Of a stretch of DNA of 64,000 nucleotides, positions 54,701 to 64,000 are shown piece by piece (the stretch's first letter is position 1; each line of letters begins with the position of its first letter). Source of the stretch: Bugula neritina (lineage: Eukaryota; Animalia; Bryozoa); assembly GCA_964035545.1 (NCBI GenBank), contig OZ037771.1:9231408-9295407 (forward strand). Direction: 5' to 3'. The notes under the pieces were generated by a model. That model was given only the letters and a program-made list of their open reading frames with translations. It was not told where the DNA came from and ran no database searches. Made by a program: the position numbers and the translations under genes.

Positions 54701-56380
54701 TCCATCAGCCTCTGGAAGGTGGCCGCGGCGGAGGTTAACCCGAAGGGTAGCACCTTCCACTTCCACAACCCGTCCCGTGTGATAAACGCCGTTTTCTCCT
54801 GGGCGTCGGGACTCAGTGGGACTTGCCAATAGCCGCTTAGCAAGTCTAACGTACTGAAGTACTTGCTGCCGGCTAGGGCGTCCAGTGACTCGTCAATACG
54901 AGGTAGAGGGTAGGCGTCCTGTATGGTTACGTTGTTGAGTTTACGGTAATCCACACAGAACCGCCAACTGCCGTCTTTCTTCCGGACCAGTACGACCGGT
55001 GAGCTCCACGCACTATGGGCGGGCTCTATGAGGCCGCGGTCCAGAAGATCCCGTACTTGTCGGCTAACCTCCTTCTCTTTCTCCGGCCCCAGCCTGCGTG
55101 TGGGCTGCCGGACAGGGACTGTCCCTGCAGTCAGCGGTATTTCGTGCCTGACAACTCCAGTCAGCCCCACGTCATGATCTCCGCTACTGAACACATCACC
55201 GTAGTCGCGTAGCAACTTCGCCATAGCTTGGCGTTCCTTGTTGCTCGCGCAGCCGCCACAGGCTGTTTCATATAACTCCCGGAGATGTGCTGGGACTGCC
55301 CCTCGTCCCTGAATAGGGTGTCGAGGGGGTGTCTCCGTCGCGTCACCCAGCGACGGGCCCACGTCCTCTTCCTGGATGGAGTGGAACCGGCCCAGCATTG
55401 ACCCAGCTGGGAGCTCAATGGGCTCGGTAAAGGGGTTGACACACTGCACTAAGACCTCCCCTCGCTCAGTTAGTCGGTTTAAACTACTGGCGAGTTGGAT
55501 CCTTTCGTGCGCGCCTTCAACGACCCCGAGCCTGGCTATCCGGTTGCTGTTCACTCGGCAGTGGATAGTAGCTCTGGAGCGTCCGGGCACGGTGCAGTTT
55601 CGAACTACCTGGACACCGCCCACCAGAGGACGCCCAAACTTATCCACACAGGCGAGTTCTCGCCCGCCCATCAGCACCACCGACTTGCTAAAGTCTATTC
55701 GGCACTGGTGTTGCTTCAAGAAGGGCATGCCGAGGATGGCATCTTCCTCCAGTTGGCTTATGACAAAGGTCTCCTGTACAGCCTGGTCTCGGACACGCCC
55801 GGGGAGCTCGATAATACCGTAAAAGGGAATACATGACCCGTCTGCCAGGGTGCCATGTTCCCCCGTATATGGTCGTACTCTATCCCTGTCCCGGCGGGGC
55901 AGTGCTTCAAAGACTCTACGACTGAGAAGGTTGGTAGTACAACCGGAGTCGAGCAGGAAAGTGACGGCGTTGCCGGCCACCTTTCCGGGTAGGAAATAGC
56001 TCTCTCCATGTGGTTGTACTTTCACCCCCCCCCCCCGCATGTGCTGTCCTAGATGGGTAGGACGGCGGGGGTTTCACCCGTGGTTTGCGGGGTTTCCGGC
56101 GGCGAGGTTGATGCCGGCTGGGTTTGGGGCTCTCCACTGGGCCTTCTGGCTCCATTTCAGTGGCGGGCTCCTCTTCCCGAGGTAACCGGTGGAACCGGTT
56201 GGCGAGTGGCAGGGAGAAGGTACTCGGCCGTTGTGCGGGCCTACTAGTCCTGCGTGGTACCTGCCACTCGGGGGGAGTGTTCCGTCGTGTCCGTACGGAC
56301 AGACGGCGGCGTGTCCCACCATACTCCTTTAGTTGCGGCCCGCGGGGAGGGAGAGCGTCCGCGGGCCGTGACAGTTTAAC
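51752..56380 (-). CDS. pol: Pol polyprotein of element B, with frameshifts near 56030 and 53279
   Basis: LLDSG, YLDD, TDAS, HHCC, DDE and KFVGPY across ORFs 53227-56040 and 51752-53203; both breaks fall in homopolymer runs. Confidence 0.92.
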
Positions 56381-57195
56381 GCCCCCTGGTATTGGGGTCG
56401 TCCTTGCTGTCCATGGTCTCGACCAGCACTACTCCAGTCTGGCCCCACAGGTGTTGGGGGCAACCGCAGGGCCTGACTGGGGACAGCGCCGGCCAGAATT
56501 GTTGCCAGCTGTCCCAGCATCTCTACCATGCGGTCCACTTCGGCTTCCAGCGGGGGGGCTTCGGGGCTTGTTGTAGCCCTGGCAGCACTGACTCCAACTA
56601 CTGGTGGGTTCCGTTGTGCTCGATGCATTTGGGTAGCCAACAGGTAAGCTTCTCCAGCTTTCAGGGCATCTTCTATCCTGGTTATCCCTTTTGCTCGGAG
56701 CTGATGGTGTAGGCCCGGGTCGTTGAGTGACTGGACAAAGCCGTCGTATGTGTGACGCTCTTGGTGTTGTGCGGGCAGATCGCCGTACGCAATCTGTGCT
56801 AGCTTCTTCACCGTCGCGGCATGTTCTTGCAGCGAGGTTCGCGGGGCGCGGCACAGCCTCTGTAGCTTAGTCCTAGCGTCTACTGCGGAGATACCAAAAC
56901 GGGCCCGCAGCGCAGCCAGTATTCCGTTTACGTCCGTTCCCACTCCGTACGGCTTGGCTTGCTCCGTCAACGCCCTCCGCAATTGGATGAGGGCCACTCT
57001 ATGCGGCCATTGAGCAATCTCCATTACTTCTCTAAATTCTTGTATAAACTGTTCGACATCTTCTGACCCAGTAAAGGTGGGAGCTTTCAAGCAATATCTA
57101 TACGCTTCTTCTCCCTCACGATTCACAGGATTACCATCATTTCTACGCTCACCTTCTACTGGGGGTGGTTGCATTCTAGCATTTTCAGTCTCCAT
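56329..57195 (-). CDS. gag: Gag of element B (no zinc knuckle)
   Basis: 288 aa after the PBS; aligns with gag A (P-F-G--DVEQFI-EF, ALRARFG). Confidence 0.9.
   Translation of the reverse strand: METENARMQPPPVEGERRNDGNPVNREGEEAYRYCLKAPTFTGSEDVEQFIQEFREVMEIAQWPHRVALIQLRRALTEQAKPYGVGTDVNGILAALRARFGISAVDARTKLQRLCRAPRTSLQEHAATVKKLAQIAYGDLPAQHQERHTYDGFVQSLNDPGLHHQLRAKGITRIEDALKAGEAYLLATQMHRAQRNPPVVGVSAARATTSPEAPPLEAEVDRMVEMLGQLATILAGAVPSQALRLPPTPVGPDWSSAGRDHGQQGRPQYQGALNCHGPRTLSLPAGRN
56336..56380 (-). promoter_or_regulatory. Programmed -1 frameshift signal of element B
   Basis: G TTA AAC in gag phase, 5-nt spacer, 10-bp stem cggcccgcgg/ccgcgggccg; the -1 frame is open and homologous to the pol A N-terminus. 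Confidence 0.78.
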
Positions 57196-57591
57196 CTTTG
57201 ATGTGCACTATCCCACTGCTGCCACCACTGTTATGATTTCCAGAATTAGGGTCGATGTGCAACCAAGAGAGTCTATTTATTACTAGAAAAACTTCACCGT
57301 GATAAGTCGAGTAGATATCGTTATATTTTAATACAAGAATACATAATAAAAACTAACATACAACAGTTAATAATACGCACGTCTATTTAATTTACAGCAC
57401 TATCCTCAACTGAGCTAGTAGCACGAAGCTGCTACTATTACTCATAAACAGCCTAGCTAATTGGCTAGTACATTGTTCCGGGTCAATACGCAACCTTGCG
57501 TATTGTGTTGCTGGTAGCTCCACGAGCCACCACAATATTATATATATAGTTTGAAAAGACTAGAATTTGTTTGCCTATAATGAAGCTTGAG

Positions 57592-57760
57592 GATTTTAGG
57601 TAAGAATGGCGCAAGTAAAAATGCCACAGGTACTAATGGCACAAATAGAAAAGTAGGTAAAAATGGAACACTGGTGTAAATTTCCCAAACCCAACCCCCC
57701 ATTTCTAAACCCAAACCCCCCATCCTCAAATCCAAACCCCAAACCTCAACCCTAACCAAT
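57592..57760. mobile_element. Truncated inverted copy of the ggtaaaaatggcaca MITE
   Basis: Reverse complement of the right part of 58496-58788. Confidence 0.75.
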
Positions 57761-58495
57761 ATTGATTCAGAGAGGTTTTCTCAGTACCTCTTACAAACAT
57801 GGCACTCTATTAGCTGTTTTAACTAAGGTTTTTCAATTACATAAAACAGCTTATAACAGTTAAAACTGCTATTGCATTGTTAACTCTTATAGGTAGGTAA
57901 GCCACATTTTGCAGGTACAGCAGCATTAAAGTTCACACGTTTAATTCTTCAAGTTAAAAAGAAGTCTTGTCTATACATATCTAACAGGAAAATATTATTT
58001 AATGTGAAATCGTTGGACATAGACCTTATTGTCTAATAAGCTATAAACTATAGTTTTCCACACATTCTCTTCTAAAGCTGTTTGCAATTCTAACAGGGTG
58101 AGATGTGGATGAACTGATCAGTTTGTATCAAAGTTTTCCAAATTAGTTTTAAATAAATTTATGGACTTTTATGTATTTAAACACACACACACGCACACAC
58201 ACAGTTTTGCAACTAAAACATTAATTTGTTATTACCTGTAATATTTTCAGGGGCTTATAAATTACAGTAAGTGTGCCACACTTTATATTTATTTACACGG
58301 CAGATTAGAACTGTTATCATGTTTTTATCTTATATAGTTTTTTCTGTTTAGGTCTTCATAGTGCTTGCAGAATTCAATCTACATAAGATGTGTACAGATT
58401 AACATTTAGTAACATGATCAATATTTGAATTAGGAGTTATTAGCTATCAGGAAAGTAATGCTCATTACAAGAACATAAGTAAGAAGCATTGTGAT

Positions 58496-58788
58496 AGGTA
58501 AAAATGGCACTGCAAAAATGGCACAGGTAATAATGACACGGGTAATAAAGGCACAAATGACAAAGTAGGTAAAAACGACATTTATTTTCAGTATTTGGGT
58601 TTGGGGGTTTGGAATGGGGGTTCAGATTTGGGGATAGGGGTTTGAGTTTGGGGTTTAAGGATGGGGGTTTGGGGTTTGGGAAAATTTTACATCAGTGTGC
58701 CATTCTTGCCTACTTTCCCATTTGTGCCATTATTACTAGTGCCATTATTACGTCTGCCATTTTGGCGGTGCCATTCTTACTTAAAATC
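58496..58788. mobile_element. ggtaaaaatggcaca MITE/foldback element with G-rich core
   Basis: Inverted subrepeat arms around gggttt-like runs; same family as 9477-9748. Confidence 0.8.
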
Positions 58789-59135
58789 AAGAAACATAGG
58801 CAAGTGGTAATTAGTGATGTAATTTTCTTATTATGTTTTATGTATAAAAATACAATATGGCAAATAATAAGGAATTGCTGTCACAATGCATTATTATCCA
58901 CTAGGCAAATAATTTTTTAATTGATATAATAACCCCACTCTCTTTGAAGATGGAGCCACAAGATTTTAAGACTTTGAATTTATTTTTCCTAAAATGAAAT
59001 AATTATTATGTCTACTACGCATTCTGTACACGAAAAAACTCTATGTACAAATATATGCCATGCCAATAAGAAAAAACTCAAGCTACTATGATCTGTAGCA
59101 GATATTCTGATTCGGAGATTTGCACGAGAAGAAAC

Positions 59136-59209
59136 CAGAGTGGTATATACTAGGAGTGTTGACTTTAGGAAATCTTACGGAATCATATGGGCGCCATTAT
59201 GCCAAAATT

Positions 59210-59274
<65 letters not shown>

Positions 59275-60066
59275 CATGGCAAATCTTTACTACAACTTTC
59301 AAAAATAGCATAAATTAAGTAGTATTACCGTGTTTATTTGCATCCAATTCACTAGTCTTACATTTATAGCAACTGTAACGTATTTTGTGTAAAATGGTTA
59401 TTGCAAGCATTATTCAATTCATATTGTTGTATTTTTATACTGTGGGTTAGTGTGCAATCAAGTGACTTTCTGTCCAGTATGCTAGATCAACTTCGCCAGT
59501 GAGGTTCGAGTTATAATAATATATTTTATACAATGATACAATAAACCAGAAACTACATCTATCAGAATACATCAATAGTTATTCTATCCGTCTCTACAGT
59601 TTGCCAGACTACTCCTAACTAACCATCACGCGGGAAGTTACAGCTACTAATAATAGTTAATGATTCTTATTGGTAGGTTGCTGTCTCGGGTCATCTTGTT
59701 AATATACTTAGTGACCCCGTGCTGCACTTAGAAGGAGATTAACATTTCCCCCCTCCGTTATTACGATGGTAGCTCCACGAGCCACCACAATATTCACATT
59801 GTAATCACAGCGAAGGTTAAACTTTATAGCTTTGTATTTACGCGCATGATTGAGTTTTAATTTTTTTAATTTTACGTGCATTAAAAATGTGTTTAAAAAC
59901 TTTACCAATAAACAAAACTAAAAAAATACACACATAGAATAAAAAATATAATAAAATTACAAAAGTGGCAAAATTTTTCCTTTATAACTTATATAAACTT
60001 GCGGTACAATCGCGGCATAACGATTTTTCATGCTTTAAAGTCAACACTCCTAAATATACCACACTG
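59136..60066. mobile_element. Non-autonomous hAT-like DNA transposon
   Basis: CAG...CTG ends, ~32-bp imperfect TIR (cagagtggtatatactaggagtgttgacttta), perfect 8-bp TSD GAAGAAAC; contains (TA)n and a nested solo LTR. Confidence 0.85.
59425..59789 (-). mobile_element. Solo LTR of the element B lineage, nested in the hAT element
   Basis: TG...CA, TSD ATAT, terminal tggtagctccacgagccaccaca identical to LTR B. Confidence 0.85.
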
Positions 60067-60109
60067 GAAGAAACGTACACGCTACTTGTGCGTACTTAAA
60101 TGATTTTAC

Positions 60110-60235
60110 AAGCAGCTCCGAGTTGGGGGTGAAGACGATTTTATTTTGGGGGTCTCGAGTTTGAAGTTATGTCCTCAACTGCAAACTTGGGACCCCCAAA
60201 TTAAAATCGCCATTCACCCCAACTCCGCGCTGCTT
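60110..60235. repeat. About 125-bp imperfect palindrome (MITE-like hairpin)
   Basis: aagcagc..gagttgggggtgaa..gattttattttgggggtc pairs with gacccccaaattaaaatc..ttcaccccaactc..gctgctt. Confidence 0.8.
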
Positions 60236-60464
60236 AAAACCATTCCTACTATCTCGAGCTCACTCTAATTATCATCATGCACTATAATACTAATAGTAAC
60301 AGGCGTTATTACAATCACATTTACTGTGATTATCGTTGATGACTCAATTTTCTTTCAACACCACAATCCGTTGTCCGTGTCGACACGCGACATCTCCTAA
60401 ATTTCCATTCTTTCAATTCATTTTAAGGTTTAGCTGATAATTTTTTACTCACTTTTCCAGTTTT

Positions 60465-60875
60465 CGTCTCATACTCATACTGATAGTGATACTCATACTG
60501 ATACTGATAGTGATACTCCTAGTCCTAAGGCTAATAGTAATAGTAATAGTAATACTAATAGTGTAATACTAAGAGTAAGACTCTTACAGTTACTCTTAGT
60601 TTTAGTATTAGGAGTAAGAGTAACTCAAACTGTAAATCTAACAGGCAATGCAAATAGCCATAGGCATAGCTTATTGTTTATTGGCATTGCCTGTTAGACT
60701 TACAGTTACTCTTACTCTTACTCTTAGTCTTAGTTTTAGTTTATTTAACTATTTCAATAGGCATAGGAATACTATTAGTATAACTATAAGTATTAGTAAA
60801 TGTATCAGCATTACTTTACTTTTATTCTAATACTACAAGTAAGAGTATGACTATTGTCATTGACTATGAGTATTA
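60465..60875. repeat. Degenerate hexamer low-complexity tract
   Basis: actgat, agtaat and actctt periodicity. Confidence 0.75.
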
Positions 60876-60876
60876 T

Positions 60877-63800
60877 TGTTATGTTTTCTGTTATTGTCGG
60901 TGTATAATCAGATTAACACATGACCAGTAGTTATGCAATCGACCTCACAGATGGGTTGCAGGAGAATAAGATAATATATTTTTACGATAGATACAACAAT
61001 AAAACTTCACATTCACTTCAGACAGTTTTACAACTCAGTGTCAAGTGTTCACTGTTTTTCTGCCCAGTAACAACTGATGCGGGAGAAGACTGTTCCTCGT
61101 GATCTAATCAAGATCTTCATTCTGATTGGAGCTCAGACTGATCATATCACTAGCCACGAGGTCTCCCGCATGGTACGAGGAATATAGAAACGCCGCGATC
61201 ACCTTTTATCACAATGAAAGACGGAAGCGGCGAGCTCCCTCCTTCATCCATATATATATATATACGAATCTGTGAGCCATCACACGGTCCCCCAACAGAA
61301 AGCCCACTTTCTGATAACAATCATACAAAAAATGGCGAACATTACATGGGTACACACGTCTAGATAACAGTGATATTAAAGGAGAAAAAGGAACAAAGTA
61401 TTAGGTATATATATATAATGAGAGAAGTGCCACACAGATACATCAGTAAGTTACACAAGAGGGTAGGAGCTGTCATTTACATGATAACAATGCCGTGCAT
61501 CGAGTATGCCCAGGAAGGACGTGACTCAGAGATATTTCCTCCTCAAGGGGGGAACTATTGTTGCTCAGCCTGAGAACGATATTTGGCTTGTCGAGTACAG
61601 AGTCTCCTTTTTATCCGACCCACCGAATCTTTTAACTGGTACAGGCCGGTGGTTGTAGTTAACAGGCTGGGGGCCAGTTGGGTGAAATCCGCCTGTAACC
61701 GCAGGAGCCGCTCTTCTACAGTGGCCAAGTGGGTTGGTCTCTCAGGTTTTGGGGCAGAAGCCCCTGTGGGTGACTCTGCCTCCTCCTTTATAACGTTCTG
61801 AGTTGGTTCGTCCACCTTGGACACAGCCTCGGGCTAATCGGCGACTATGGGAGAGCGGTGTCGGTGGGAGAGCGGTGTCGGGCATACTTCAGCACAGTCT
61901 GAAATCCTTGGGTTAGGACGGCTAGCATTAAAGCCTTTCTAACTAGAGGGCGTATAACTGTCAGGAACTCTGGATAAGTATCAGCATCCACTGTGTGGTG
62001 GACTCCGGGGTGACATCCGCTAGCCATGTGTGCGGTAACGGGGTATGGATAGGATAGCAGGTAATGGGCATTCACGTTCATCTTTAGTGCACGAATAGAC
62101 GAACAATCCTCCTGGCACACTAGACATCTGGTACTTCCGCGCGGCCCCCACACGGCTTCTATCTTTCTTTCCGTAGCCGGCAACACCCACCGCCAACGAC
62201 GGCAGAGTGGCGCCGGTAGCCCTCCGTCTTCCTCCATGAGCGTGGAAGGATGTGGGTGAGGTGCGTGGTCTTGTGACCCTTTGGTAGCAGGTCGAGTGTT
62301 ACCTGAAAGAGTTCAACAGTGTTAGTTACATACACTGAAGTGCCGCCAGCGTTAGACAGCCTGACAGCCCCCCTCTCAGTTAGACACTCGCGATATCTAT
62401 GCCAGTGAAAAATTGGCCGAAAACACGAACTGCAACCGAGAATCACTAAGATCTCCTAGTCAGTCCGTGTTCTCACCACTTACTTTCACTGACGGTATAT
62501 CCATCCTAGTTAACTAAGTTGAGTTAGAGCTGACTGATGCAATTTAGTTTCCATACCAGAAGAATATAGTTAACTCACCCCTCGATCCGGTATAGCCAGA
62601 CATACTGAATTTTGGAATGATTACTATGAGTGACTACTAGCACGTCTGCTCTTAACTGCATCAGCATAAGAAAAGACCGGGCAATGTGGTTGTGGCGTGT
62701 GGTTGGGGCACTTCACAACTGGCGGATTAATTTCGCTCGTGGTTCCGCACATGTAAAAGTCAGTTTTTACGTGGAGCCCACAACTCCCACAATTAACTGA
62801 TGGTTCTTCCGTATGGCACCCGCTGGACTTACATACTTGCCGCTTTGAACACAGTCACATATGGAGTCTTGTAAGTACGCTGGAGGTTGTCTGGTACGCT
62901 GTCCTCGTTCCAGAGGAGGCGGTGCACTCACCGATGGACTATCAAGTTCCACTGGTGGGACTTCTGGCTCATTAGTGACTATTTCTTCTCTGATTTCACC
63001 GGACGCAGCCCCTCTCTCCGTGGGGGTTTCCACTTCTGGGCCCAGCTCAGGCTCCGGAAGTGACGGTGTCAGACCTGGCGCTGGAGGCGGCGGACCCACT
63101 TCTGCTGGGGGAAGCGGTCATTCGTTTCTTGCCAGGTCCTTTGCCCCCGGCACGACCACCTCATATTTGGGTCCACGCCGCTGTCGCCCGCGCGTTGTTG
63201 TGTGCCTCTGGGGCTCCAACAATGGGGGGCTTCTCCCACCGCGTCGGGGCTGGCCCAATACGGCTTCAAGCTAGCCTCATTCTGGACAAACACCTGTCCT
63301 GAGCGCTCAATCTTGTAGGTATGGTTGGGCCTCGACCACTACGTAGGGTCCCACGAACTTGGGCTGTCACTTAGCCGCCTGTCCGCGACGCATACGATGA
63401 TTGACCATCCACACCCAGTCTCCTACCTGGTAGAGGGGTGGTTCTTCTGAGTCTTCACGCCGCACCTGCCACTGCTTCTCTCGCAGCATTTCGTGTGCGG
63501 CCTTCATCCATTCCACCAGTTGGCTGGCGTACTCGTGGACCAAGTTGTCCTGCTCAGGAACATGGTGGGTAAGGTAATCGGGCACCCAAGTCTCTCGACC
63601 GAGCATTAGGAAGTTGGGAGTCTCACCAGTACTGGTGTGTGAGTATTACGATAGGTACACATGACTTGCGGCAGTATCGTATCCCTTTCCTCCTGACTCC
63701 GGCGGAGGAGCAGACTCCGGAGGGCATCACCCAGCATCCGGTTGTTGCGCTCCACCACTCCGTTACCCTGTGGATGGTAAGGGGTGGTCCTGGTTTGATT

Positions 63801-64000
63801 TACTCTCCAGAGGCGGCAAAGGTCGCTCATCAGCTGAGACGGGAATTGAGCGCCTTGGTCTGAATGTATCTGTTCCGGGAGGCCGAAATAGCAGAACACA
63901 TTTTGATCCAGAACCCTGGCCACTGTCGGAGCCGACGCGTCTGGGATAACCAAGGTGTCGGCCCACCTAGTAAAGTGGTCGGTCAATACTAAGATCCAGC
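60877..64000 (-). mobile_element. Degraded Gypsy element C (3' LTR 60877-61284, accessory zinc-finger ORF remnants, integrase remnants), continues beyond the window
   Basis: Integrase fragments (TDHFTRWAD, TTPYHPQGNG) with several frameshifts; PPT-adjacent cagaaagccc..tttctgataa shared with element B; TG...CA LTR. Confidence 0.9.

Larger units (their letters stand above)
50088..57534 (-). mobile_element. Full-length Ty3/Gypsy LTR retrotransposon B
   Basis: 306-bp LTRs (57229-57534, 50088-50393), four differences seen; TSD ATAT; tRNA-Leu PBS 57210-57227; PPT 50394-50404; gag, pol and an extra ORF. Confidence 0.98.

Overview
AT-rich, intron-containing animal (probably invertebrate) genomic DNA; the species cannot be assigned from the sequence. 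Host genes: two 13-exon secreted animal heme peroxidase paralogs on + (7560-24229, about 635 aa; 42168-49570, about 665 aa) flank a 16-exon ATG16L1-type gene on - (24885-36152, about 538 aa). Mobile DNA: two full-length, young Ty3/Gypsy LTR retrotransposons (15769-23107 +, inside a peroxidase intron; 50088-57534 -), a third degraded one running off the right end, three solo LTRs, Penelope-like remnants, several MITEs, a tRNA-derived SINE, an RTE-LINE tail and many intronic minisatellites. Most notable: (1) a (TA)n locus at 1.9-3.8 kb with five hammerhead ribozyme motifs from three element families, two showing compensatory base changes, and one in a 271-bp, highly structured, terminally redundant retrozyme/circRNA-like monomer; (2) Gypsy elements with an accessory 3' ORF (C2H2 zinc finger plus coiled coil in two of them) preceded by an apparently conserved small intron, a conserved -1 frameshift signal and ATAT/ATAC target sites; (3) patchwork gene conversion between the peroxidases, which differ at the proximal-His-partner Asn. 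All exon and element coordinates were derived by hand and may be off by a few bases.
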